From contig NC_081332.1 in the NCBI RefSeq assembly GCF_022539665.2, forward strand, positions 2,418,001-2,482,000: 64,000 nucleotides of DNA, written 5' to 3'. Below are positions 1 to 11,900 of the stretch, in pieces (the stretch's first letter is position 1; the number at the start of each line of letters is the position of its first letter). Both the position numbers and the translations under genes were made by a program. The DNA is from Daphnia carinata (taxonomy: Eukaryota). The notes beneath the pieces are model-generated. The model had not been told where the DNA came from. It ran no database searches and saw only the letters and a list, made by a program, of their open reading frames with translations.

Positions 1-224
1 TGCCGCTGTTCCCTCTGATTTCCCAATAGTCGTCGATCATTCTTCTCCCACTGCACGTCCTTTTCTGAGGTCTATACACTGCCATTCAAGTGCACCGGCG
101 GTCTTTTTCTCTCATTTTCTTTTTTGCTTGTATGAATAAATCGTCCCCTTTGGCCATCCAACCGTTGAATACTCGTCTCAACTGGAGCGTGATTGGAACA
201 ACAAACATATATTTATATAGTTGC

Positions 225-301
225 CTTTATATATCGCTAGTGTAACCTTTATATATTTGCCACACGACGCGTTTAATCACTCCGTATTGGCCCGCCCGCC
301 C
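225..301 (-). promoter_or_regulatory. Possible core promoter of a minus-strand gene lying mostly outside the window
   Basis: Two TATATAAAG motifs on the minus strand (225-234, 247-256), a CCAAT box (ATTGG 286-290) and a GC box (291-301). No CDS is visible in the window. Confidence 0.3.
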
Positions 302-2878
302 TCACTCCCCAGTCTGATTTAATTTGCGCGGCCAGTACCGTGTGCTCGGCCCTTTGGCAGCACGCATTGTTCCAGCACTAACCCAATCTTGGCTTATATT
401 CTTTCGGTGTAGAGCCCCCCAGCAGCGTGGCCCCTCTTTTTGAAATAAGAAAACTGATGAACACTTCCCTCTTGGTTGAACTTGTGTGTTGTGTAAATTG
501 AATTACAGTTCAGGGCCATTGCATCAAGTGGTCACTCGTCTGAAAAAAAAAGTGCAAAGCAGATATAAAATATATATATATATATATATATGAGAAAGAC
601 GGGTGAGATAGCAGACCCGGCAGCCAGTGAGAAACATTCCAAAGCCAACGATAAGACACTGATAAGTTTAGCATCGAAGTGAGAAAATGACACAGCAACC
701 ACTCGAACACGTCCGATTTCCTTAGCCTTTTTTTTTTTTTTTTGTTTTCTTTTTGCTCTTCTCCGGATCCCTCGGCTGGCTGGATGCCCTTCACTTTCTG
801 CAGCTATCGATTGATGTTATCTAGTTGTCTGCTGGCTGAAAAAACCTTTTCTTTTTTTTTTTTATCCATTAACTTTGCTCAAGTGACCTCACATAAGAAC
901 CTCAAAAATGTTCGTTTAAATCAAACGGTTACAATCATTTGATACTTTAAATTGGTGCGACTTGATTGGTAAATCGATTCCACTCAGCGAGTCCTTTGCT
1001 GTTAATCGTCATTAAACCAATCATCGTCCTTGCTTGGGCTTACTGGCCATAGTTTGCCCCAATTCATCATTTATCTGCCATAACTTTTTTTTTTCGATGC
1101 TTGCCATTTTTTCACGTTTGATTGGAGAGAAACACGGACGTAAAACACAGGTCCTTACGCAATGCGTCGCTAATCGCAATTTGGCGCTTAACAAATCGAC
1201 AGTTTTATTCAAAACCAACAAGCTAAAGAAAAGAAAAGGTCCTTTTTGTTTTATGCATAGGGTAGTTTTCATTCTTTGCAGAAAAATAAACTCTAGACGG
1301 TAATAGCTGCTGATAGCCTAACGTGAATCGAATGAAGCAAACCGAATGACTCTGGTCGAATGGTAACAGTAAAAGGAGACACTGTAACTATTGGAGGAGA
1401 TAAAGGAAGACGAGGTGTTCCATGTCTGTGTGTGTGTGTCTAAAGACGAACGTCGAGGAAAGTAGGGTTTCATGTTAGGGATCGGAAAAAAACGGACATC
1501 GATCTTCATGTAAACCCCATACTCTCTTTCTCCTTTTAGTTTTGTTTTGTTTCCCCGTGCATCTGAACAGGAGAGAGGCACAATACTTTTCAGTGCCTAT
1601 GCAGCATTGCGTTGGTGGTGCTTTAAGCTAAACTGACTCTTCGCATCCCTAGGGCAATAAACTCTCGAGATGGGCGGGCGTCGTGATGTTTCCGAATTTC
1701 AAGTTTCTCGTTCAAAACAATTGGTTACGTATTGCTAAGAAAAAAAAAGGTATTGTTTGCCTACTAAAATAACCTGGTTGAAAACGTAACTTACTCATTT
1801 CCAAAAATGAAACCTCTTCAAGATATTCGTTTGAAAGATAAATAAGAAAGAAAAACGGCGATTTTTATTAAAATACGCCCCTCCACCATTTGTCTGAAAA
1901 AACATTAGATGTTCTCCAACCTTTAGCCGTAAGGAACCGGGACTGATATAAGAAGGTGGGCAACTTTGAACTTCATTATGGTTTTAGTACGGCCTCTCAT
2001 GCTTACCCTCGTATTTTGTACTGTACTTCTTGATCAGGATTTACAAGCAAGGCCTTTTTAGGCTATCAAAATAAGCTATGCGTAAACAAACGATGACTAC
2101 CTCACAATTGTCTTTTTCTTTTGTGTGTTAAACAGCTATCGTTAAGAAACTAATAAAGAGTTTGTAAAAACACTCTTTTGTGTGTGGTCTGCTACGATGA
2201 GCCACTTTATTAAAAGAGAAATTTGATACGAACATCGGTGCTCTCCTTAATACTACGTAATAACGTTGCTTGCCAGTTCGTAGTCAGATGTAGCTCTGAA
2301 AGAATATCCACAAGCGTATCTATTGTGCACAAACAGGAGCAACGCTTTCGCACGCAACAAGATTGCGACTTGGTTAAGGCAAGAAAGGAAACCACGTGAT
2401 TTCATGATAACAAATTTGATTTTTCTAGCCCATACTTTTTCACCACACACATGAATGATAGCCACAAATCACAGCATTCTATATTAATAGGCGCGCTAGT
2501 GGTAATGTATTCAAGTAACAATGAAACTTCAGTGTGTACGCGATTTAAGGTAGTACCCTGTCGTTTCAACACATTAGTTATTCAAGGCTTGTTTTTGGCA
2601 TTACAGTGTCGTGAAAATAATGACAAGATAACAATATTAATTCATTTTGCTTTCAAAAGGGGATAATTTTTCAAATTACACTTTATAGCCCCAAAGTGTA
2701 CCAATTTCTCTGCTAAAATGGCTGCCTAAAAAGACATGGAATGGCAAGACTACTAATGATACCATATCTTTGATACAACACATATCATGTTTGCACTGAA
2801 CCAACCCAATACCTTAAATCGAATCAAAAATCAAACCAAAGGTACAAGATTTGTTCAAGTTTTTGATTTGGATGGGTG

Positions 2879-3447
2879 TTAATCTTCAAACATCATAAGA
2901 ACAGTATCAAGGTTGTTGCATTGGTAGTCAAGTAGCCTCTTGTTTGTTCCCCATTTAATTAATGTTGGAACACATGTTAATTTGATTTTGCCATCAAGTC
3001 GAAAAACACAGTTAGGATCCTTCCAACTGAAAAGAAATCTATAGTTATTCAAATGGTTATGCATTTCTCAGAAATAATATTGCTTACAAGGATCTATCAC
3101 CAACACCAACATATATGAAAATTGCATCTTCTGGGGCACTTTCTAAAGCTTTCTCTATTACAGGCTCAGCTTTAATAGTAAAAGTAGTTACAGCAAGAAT
3201 TTGCATGACACAAGTGAATTCAACTTACCTTCAACACAATCAGGGCACCAGCTCTGACCTACAAATTCAAGAACATATAAAAATAACTTTTTTGCATGTT
3301 ACTACATTAAAGCAGCAGTAAACTACCTGTTGTATCTTTGGAACCTGAAAAAAGAATAAAAATGTCCCCATTTGGGTTCTTGTTTTCAACCTCACTGATA
3401 ACAGTCTGGAATTGCTCAAAACCTTCAGCTTTTAGCTTTTGAACCAT
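2879..3447 (-). CDS. TXNDC17: Thioredoxin domain-containing protein 17 (TRP14-like), 4 exons
   Basis: Spliced translation MVQKLKAEGFEQF...GSKDTTG/QSWCPDCVE/AEPVIEKAL.../WKDPNCVFRLDGKIKLTCVPTLIKW...MMFED*. The WCPDC active site lies in a ~30-nt exon (3258-3229). GT-AG introns. Confidence 0.93.
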
Positions 3448-4081
3448 TATTAGAATTAAAAATGAAACTATGTTTGACAACGGGAGCAATATCTTAGCTT
3501 TACAAAAACTTTTTGGATTGAGTCATGCAGATTAACTGTCATCTGTCAAACTTGAAAAGCTCATTTGTCAAATTCATATTTGCGCTCAAGGAGATGCGTA
3601 CCACGATTTTTTTGTTGAGTCTTAACAAATACGAAAATAGTGTTTTTACTTGTACATCTACTATATTAAATTTCATAAATTACCTTAACTGATTGAACCG
3701 ATTACCTGTTCTTTGGGCATTATTTATAGATTTTGCAACTCAACATCCAGATGGTTTCTTCACGAAGTACGATCAGCTGCTTGCCGCTGCTGAATTGTAT
3801 TATGGAAGGTTTATTCCACAGTATTGTGGAATTGTATTTAATAAAAAAAAAACAATGGGATAAGATGAAAGAAATTTAAAAAAACCTTTATTGCGATCAC
3901 ACCAGTTGACATGTTATTGTTATCTTAGACTACCAGAATTTCTAATTTTAAGAATCGGCAATGTTGTCTAAAAGAGCTTGTTTACAATTCGTTATTCGTA
4001 CAACTTTGAAAGCAGACGGAGTATTTGGAACATCCATGATGACGCAAGCTTTGTCTGTTGGTTTGTGAAATACCGTGGAAA

Positions 4082-5219
4082 ATGGATATGATTGCCGCAG
4101 CTTATGGATGTGAAAGCGATGAAGAAGAATCTTCCGATCCGTGGGCTTCTTCTCGAGTCTCTGCAAAGCGTACAGCAGCATTTAACGAATTTTGCAGTAG
4201 ACCTTTGAAGAAGGTTGCCTCTAGATTGCCGGCACCTAAGTGATATCTTAAACTATTTGAACTTAGTGACATTTAAGTACCTTTCTAATATCTAATAGGC
4301 TTGCTGCAAACTCCCTAGAAGTTGTTGATGACCCATCACAGCACGGCAATAGAGTAAGAAGTTTTCCCCATGAAAGAGGAAATTGGGCATCCTTTGTATA
4401 TCTACCTTGTAAGTATAGAACACAACACATAGTTTTAAAATGTGTAATTTTTTCAAATAAGCTTGTTGCAATACATTGATTTCTTCGCTCTTTTTTCAAC
4501 TTCATTTAGGGGAAGCAAACTCTAGATTTGTCAGGGCAGTTGAGCTAATCACAAAGTGGTTCCACGAACATGATATTAAACTTGATATTTGTGATGATTT
4601 CCACATTAGCTTAACAAGGACAGTAATTTTAAGGCATCACTGGATTGAAGGCTTTGTTGCTTCTATTAGGAATCAACTGAGTGACACCCCAAGGTTTTTC
4701 TCATCACATTTTGTTTTGTTGAACATGTCAGTTGAACTGACTGATTTTACTTCGTATACTGTTATATTGAAATAGGCCTTTCCAATTATATGGCACGAAT
4801 GTGTTGTCTGTCTACCTCAATGAAGAAAAAACCAGAACATTTCTTGGTAAAAAAAAAATTACATTAAATAACTTAGACAATATACCTGAAATAAAGTTTT
4901 GTCCTTCAGCCATAAATGTTGAAGATCCTGTGGGCATTCTCAATATGCTGATAGAAAAAATGGATTCTTGCTTGAAGGAATATCAACTGCCTGCTTATTA
5001 TGAGGTTTGCTTAACTTTTTTCAGTCGTTGTTTTGAAAATTTCCCTCTTTATTTTGTTTGCAGAAACCGTCCCACCATGTAAGTATCGCCTGGTGTGTTG
5101 GTGACAAAAAGGAAGAACTAGAAAAACTTGCATTTGGTTTACGACTCGAAATAGACCAAATTTCATGTGATGTGGACGAGGTAAGATGCAAAATCGGAAA
5201 TACCGTAAAACGATTGTGA
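4082..5219 (+). CDS. USB1: U6 snRNA phosphodiesterase (2H phosphoesterase), multi-exon
   Basis: Begins MDMIAAAYGCESDEEE. Contains HGNRVRSFPHERGNWASFVYL and two HxS motifs (FHISLTRT, HHVSIAW). Also YLNEEKTRTFL and a C-terminal VRCKIGN; stop TGA 5217-5219. Confidence 0.92.
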
Positions 5220-5680
5220 TGTCGCCCAAAATATAAAATGCAGATATTCATCTGTTGTCTAGTTTTAAAAAATAAAGAACCAAATCTGCACAATTGTTTT
5301 CTTTATTGGGTGGCAAACGGATAGATCACCACTGTCCCGCTTTTCGTTGTCATCTCAGATGCCGTTCAAGAGGAAAAAGCTTGTTGAGGTAATCTATCCC
5401 AACACCAGATCAAGTGTGCATTCTGCGTTCATTCCTCGACGAGAAAAAAGAACAAAGTGCTGCCAAAAATACGTAGTCCACCATTATGTTTATTGCTTTC
5501 TTAATGAGAATAGTCTGCGGCACGGGATCATTTAAATTTTCTGCTTTTCGTTTTATTTCCTCTAGTTTTTGCTTTCATAAATTGCCTAATTGCATCGAAG
5601 AACCACTGGAGCACTAAATTTCAAAAGGCATGTATAGGTAGATTGATATTTAAAATCCGTCACAGTAATTGCACCTGTGG

Positions 5681-6882
5681 CTAGCCAACTCGATGGTGCT
5701 GTGATGAAGTGTGACTCTGCCTGCCACACTTCTTTTTCAGACGACTGATATCTTTTTTCAATTGAACGATTGTCTCCTTTTGTTCTTCCACGTAGCGTTT
5801 GAGATCTTGAGCTTCCCTAGCAATTCGGATGTGAGTTCTGCCACGTTCCCGTACCCTTTCCTGTAAAAAGCACAACCAAGGCGTTTCATTAATTTCACAA
5901 AGAAACCAGAAGAAACAAATGTAAGCTAATGTTCGAAAGATCTATAGATTCTCTTCGGAAAAAGGTTGAGGAACATCATGCGACCCAGTTTTTGTATTAA
6001 ACGTTTTCTGACTTCGTCTCGCCATACGTAAAAAAACAGAACTTTAAAAGACTCACCAGTAACCACGAATTCTTCTGCAATCTGTCCTGATACTTCTTTT
6101 CATCGCGGCGGAGGATTGTTAAAGTACGAAGTCTTTCTGAGTTCAAAAGCAACTCCTGTGTTACAAAAAGAAGCTATAAATTGTGGTATACTAGTTTCCA
6201 AGTACGAAAATAAAATACAACCTCGGATAGCGTGCACTGCAAATCAGAACATTCTGCCTGTTAGAAAAATCGTGTTGATGAGCATTAAGAAAATAATCTT
6301 TCAAACAGTTTGCTATTACAAGTTATGCGTACTGTCCATTTTATTTCGAATTTTAAACCTCTTTCTTTTCATGTTTTTTTCTAATTTGTCCTTTAAACTA
6401 AAAATGCAATAGGTAAGGCAATATAATAAAACGCTATAACCTTATCTCCCTATGTAATGGGTGTTTTTATACTGTGACTGTGGATGACGCAAGGACGTAA
6501 AACTACGTGCCAAGCTTGATTTTACATAAGGGTTTTAATTCTAGTCAATTAACCTAATGTCACGTCATGTTATGCTAATTAGCAGCTATCCTTTTACGTT
6601 TTCGAGTAGTTTTTTTCTTTTATTGCCAACGTTATTTGTAATGCTTAACGATACTGCATTGAAAATGGGCGTAATAAGAGCGTAAGTAGGTTTATTTTGG
6701 TTACGCACGCGACTTATCTGATAGCGCTGCCAAAGTAATGCCGACAACTTCTTCAGAATACGGATTATCTTATCGTCCAGAGGTTGTTCAGCAGCAGCAG
6801 CACAGGTTTTTTCGAGGTAAACTTCGAGATTGTCAATGGGAATATCAAACTCTTTGTTAAGGGCGATATCTAGATTATCCAT
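5681..6882 (-). CDS. Coiled-coil protein of unknown identity (C-terminus reminiscent of the CFAP44 tail), several short exons
   Basis: ATG 6882 (MDNLDIALNKEFDIP...) and last exon ERVRERGR...QKETIVQLKKDISRLKKKCG...* are linked by GT-AG-bounded K/E/L-rich exons (e.g. ELLLNSERLRTLTILRRDEKEV). Internal exon structure is uncertain. Confidence 0.55.
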
Positions 6883-8132
6883 TGCTTCCTAATGAAAAAT
6901 TATTTTTTCAAAATACAGTTGAATCACACTGAGAAATACAGAGAACTGAAATTGTCTATTCCTATTGCAGAATACCTTTTATGCACTCTTTTTCCAATGT
7001 ACTTCTATGTAGGCTATGGAACAGCTTTTAACATCACAAAAGCTATTGGTGTCTATGAACTTCAGTTCTAGCAAACAGGCCACAATTTTTCTTTGTTTTT
7101 TTTTTTTTTCGTTAGTATTGTTTCGTTAGTTCTTTGATACTTTGGTAGCTACAAATTTAACATAACACTAGGGCTGATATGTCTCACTTATATCACGTAT
7201 CAGGAAATTCTTAAACTGTTTTGCGTAACCATGGTAATATGACAAACTGACGTGTTGACAAGAAGTCCAGCAGAACGTGCACGAACCGAATAAGATAGAG
7301 CAGGTAGTAATTAGTAAGAAGATAATTTAGCTCCAGGTTAGATTTAACTTAAAACCGAAAAAATAAGAAAGCTAGCCTTTGCCTTCGAACTCGAAACTGA
7401 GAAACGCATTAATTTTAGAAGTAACTAAAACCAATTTGACCGATTTTGATAGGGACTTCGAATTTCAGGTCTGATCTGACATAAGAAAAGTGGTTTTGGC
7501 GTTGTTAGTAGAAATATTGCCCAAATGAATATGCTGATTCACAACTTTCAAAATAGCATATTTAAAAAACATGCTGTTAGATTTCCTTAAAGACAGAAGA
7601 ATTTTGCAAGACTTATTGTTTTTACGATCTTATAGTTGGCGAGAAGAGGAAAACCATCCATTTTAACGAAATCAAGGATCGCTACAAGAAGAGAAACATA
7701 TAAATATGTTGTTCAGTTTTTTTTTTTTTTTTTTTACAACAAACAGTACCAAAATGCTGCGATCAAAAAATAGCGGTGGGGTGCCTCACTGGTTGAATCC
7801 AATATACTCGACTCATCCTACCCTGCTGGGAAAGTAGTCTACCAAATCGTTCGTCTTGATAGTTTTGAAACAAAATTGCTAAATCGTCAGATTTCAGCAA
7901 ACCAGGGCGAGCAGTGACTATTAAAAAGCAATCAAACAAACAAACAAAAAAACAATAAATGATTAGAAATAGTTCATTCTGGAATAACAGTGGCATCAGA
8001 ACTCAAATGGAGTAAGAATAACGAATAGAATGATGCTTAAATTTGTTCAACGAATGGAACATTCATAGTTTTCCGCTTTCAAAAATACTATATTTAATGG
8101 CTTTTATTTATTTATTGATCACGTTAAAGTAA

Positions 8133-8230
8133 GACCAGGTGGCCGAGTGGTTAAGGCGACAGACTGCTACTACAAAATGGTTGGAATCTGTTGTGCTCTG
8201 CACGCATGAGTTCGAATCTCATCCTGGTCG
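8133..8230 (+). tRNA. tRNA-Ser (anticodon GCT) with a 16-nt intron at 8170-8185
   Basis: Acceptor stem GACCAGG/CCTGGTC with discriminator G. A box TGGCCGAGTGG. Anticodon stem ACAGA/TCTGT with loop CT-GCT-A^A. Long variable arm; T stem ATGAG-TTCGAAT-CTCAT; TTTT terminator at 8237-8240. Confidence 0.95.
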
Positions 8231-8699
8231 ATAGTATTTTGCTATTAGTTTTTTAATGTATGGTATTATGTTGTGAATGTATTGATGTTAATTTTAATGT
8301 TTTTATCTGTTTTAAGTTGAGAGTTAAGTTGTCGAAGCTTTTGCGCTTCGCATATATAATCGACCCTTATAGAGATAAATAGCGATCTTCTAAATATGTT
8401 GTGTTGCGTTACCATGACATCTAGCTGCCACCCTCGTAACCTTTTTCGAGAAGCCTGTATGTGGCGATATTATGAGGCAATAGGCTTCATATTTCTCATA
8501 GTAGCAAATGTCTAATTTATTGTGCATTAGCAAGTTGATTATTTTACAACTTTTCGTGGCTTAAATATAACATATTTTACATCATACATGAATTAATAAG
8601 AAAAAGCAGAGTGTTTTGATTTCTGAATTCATTGTTTGACGTTGATTTCCATAAAAATTGTGTGCTCAAGTGTCTCTGTTTTTTGTGTCTTTTAAGAAA

Positions 8700-10216
8700 A
8701 TGCCAGTATTTCGCAAAGATCCTTGCGGAATTGTTTGCATATTTATGACATACTTAGCTGTTTTTTACGCTGATTATGTCGTTGTAAGATGGATTGTTAT
8801 ACAAACGCTGCACAATAGGTAAGAACTGTGGTTTGACAGGTGTAACATCATTAAGAACAGACGTTTGAATATGTTTTCATCTCATTCTACTATTTACAGC
8901 CTTTGGGGTGCTTTTCATGCGGTGGTTTTCAACTCTATAATTTTACTTCTCACCTTTTCACACCTACGTACTGTGTTTTCTGACCCTGGAATAGTTCCTC
9001 TACCACAGAGCAAACTGGATTTTGCTGAGCTTCACACAGGTCTGTTGGATTGGTAAACTTTGTTGATCAATTTATTCCAATATGGCAATTACTACATGTT
9101 TAAAAAAATATTTTTTAATTATTATATTAGATTAGTAATTGGTTAAGCCATGGTGATGATTTGGTTACCTGGCATGTTAAGTAAAAGTGATATCAACCAA
9201 TGCATGCCATAAAAGAAAAAAAAACTTTGTCAGGACTCTAACAGTGATGTTGCTGCAATAATTGATTTTCACAAAAATTCAGGGACTCAAAAGGAACCTA
9301 CAAGCAAAGATGACTACACTGTGTGTGCACGCTGTGAAACATACCGGTATGTTAAAAAAAAAATTTGTTTTGCATCAATATCAATAAGCAAACAATAATT
9401 GGCTTTCTGTTCCTCAGTCCCCCCAGAGCTCATCACTGTAGGTAATTTGAATGATTAGGTATGAAAAAAAGTCTGTATATAATTTTCTGTTGTTTTTCTT
9501 TAGGATTTGTCAGAGGTGTGTACGCAGAATGGATCATCATTGCCCTTGGGTAAATAATTGCATAGGTAAATAAAAAAAAAACAGGTTGACATACCAAGAT
9601 GTTCATAGCAAAAATTAAAAACAATAAAAATATAAATCTAATCTTTGTATTATAAGGACAATATAATCAGAAGTACTTCCTCCAGTTCCTGTTTTATGTT
9701 GGAATCTTATCTGCCTATGCTGTGGTCCTTGTTATTTTTTCCTGGATTCAAGATTGTGAAGATTGTCACAAGGATAAAGTGACGACTCAAACGAGGATGT
9801 AAGAATCATTCCGATAGAGCTTATCAAAGTTTAAACGTTCTTCATTGAAAACCATATTGGATTTCAATCTAGTTTACACTCTATCATACTCGTGGTGGAA
9901 AGCGGACTGTTCGGTTTATTCGTGACAGCCATTATGTGCGATCAGTTGCAGGCAATTTTTGGCGATGAAACGGCCGTTGAACAAGCAAAACAGCAAGGAC
10001 CTTTCAGGTTTCTGTTTTTCCATAAAACTCCCAATCCGCCACAAGAAAATTTCTTATATTTTTTTCTCCATTCAACTTCAATTTGCTTTTAGGCCGAGGA
10101 AACCTCGACTAGCATTGCTCACCGAGGTATGTGGTCGTGGAAGCCCAATGTTCTGGGTTTTACCTTGTCAGTCACCGCCCAAAGATTTAGATTTAATATC
10201 TGGATACGATGTCTAA
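8700..10216 (+). CDS. ZDHHC3: DHHC palmitoyltransferase, ZDHHC3/7 (GODZ) type, multi-exon
   Basis: [13 protein letters not shown] start; [59 protein letters not shown]; four hydrophobic segments; stop 10214-10216. Confidence 0.9.
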
Positions 10217-10942
10217 TTCAGTACCTCGCATTTCTCCATGTTGTTCGTGAAATGCATTCCCCACACTTGTTGTGCAGTATTTATTTGCCCTTTTCTACAA
10301 GCCCTTCTTACAATTAAGTGTAGCTGTGCCCTGACCTCCCCTTCCAAAGCAACATGACTGGTATCGCATGATGACGATGAATTTCCTTTTATCATAAAAA
10401 TCAGCAGAAAAGAAACAAAAAAAAAGGAATTAGAAATAATAATGGAAAACAAACCAAAAAAAGAATACCCTCCTACGTTACAGATGTCTATTGTGGTTTG
10501 TTTGTGAGGAGAAAGCTTTAAAACCTATACAGAGTACAGCAATATTTCTTCTAGTTTGCAGAATTTTCTATTTGCCACCAAGAATACATTGATAAACAGT
10601 GCATGTTCAATATCTGTCTCACCGTTTCGCCTCAAACTTTCATATTTTAATTACGATTAATTGGTCTATAACGAGAAAGTTGAGGTCCAAACCGACTAAT
10701 CCAAATCGAACATATGGACCCATAGTGTACGTGAGGAAGCTAAATAATCAAATGCTGTTTAGGAACAAATAGTAAAGTGTACGCTGCTCAAAGAAAAAGA
10801 AAAATTGTGTACACATGAATAAGGTTGGAAGCGCTTAACTTTAAATAGTGTTTCTTCTGCATTGACCTCCACCGTCCTTGATCGTAAACGGTTCAAAGTG
10901 TTGATCACGCTTTAATATCAGCATCCTCTAAGCTGACGTGCA

Positions 10943-11900
10943 TCACTTTTGAAGCATCCCGTAATTTTGCATCGGTGTGTGGTCTACTCTTTGCCCTTTC
11001 TCGTGGGCATTTTCTTTATGGTGAGTAGTATCCGTCTCGTTATCTGGATACACCGATATGGCTTTCGTGTGGTAAAACGACTGTATGCCATCCTGGTTTG
11101 TAGTCTTTATAAAAAAAAATCATAAAAATTCGATCTCGATATCACCATGTACTATATTTCTCCTCTTACCTTGAAGATGGTTTCATTGACAGTCACAAGT
11201 GTACCGTTGATGAACTTTTAAAAATATAAGGGAAATTATTTACGAAATGTGTTTGTTGGTATGGCTTACGTAAGTTAAAATACGCACAATTTGAAATGCA
11301 AGAAAATAAAAAAAAAAACCGGAAACTCATAGAAGTTTGTTTTGTAAATAGGCTTACTTTAGAATGTGAAGTGCTGTTGGAGTAATTGTCAGGTAAATCG
11401 AACGGAGGCCTGTTGTCTTCGTTAAAGCTCCACAATGCGTTTAATTGATCCCGGATCACCCGTAAAGATTCTTCAAGAAAACTCATACGAAACATATGGC
11501 CAAATATATCGATCGAAAACACCTTACCTTGTAATTTCTGGAACATTGGGTTTGCGCCAAAAACTGAAGAGGTAGGCAAAAGTGACAGGTTAAATCCTAA
11601 CATTTCAGAAGACTCACTGGAATCATCATTTTTGTGACTATAGTTGGGGTTGTCATTGCTGCTCGACATTCCCTCAATAGAAGAATCATTGTCAACCATA
11701 GTTCCCATTTGAAATGATGGCTGTGAAGGCGTACTTGCTTGATGTGGTATTTCAATATCTGTTCATGAAGACAAACAATTTAGAAAAATCTAGAACAACT
11801 TTTAAATATTAAATAGCATTTTACCTTTAGTGGGCCCGTTAGGCATAGCTGAGACGGTCAATACCAGCATGGCGCCGAAAAAACTGATCACGAACTTCAT
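10943..11900 (-). CDS. Secreted icarapin-like protein, 4 exons
   Basis: Signal peptide MKFVISFFGAMLVLTVSAMP and a Ser/Asp-rich middle. The motif LPDNYSNSTSHSK/FINGTLVTVNETIFK resembles the icarapin-family 'NTTS..K.I.GH.V..NET' segment (recognised from memory). Stop TGA at 10945-10943. Confidence 0.6.

Noticed and set aside
510..2666. Short ORFs at the window start
   Set aside because: Low-complexity and no motifs. Minus-strand donor-like sites (~1790, ~2005) suggest non-coding leader or intron sequence of a gene outside the window.
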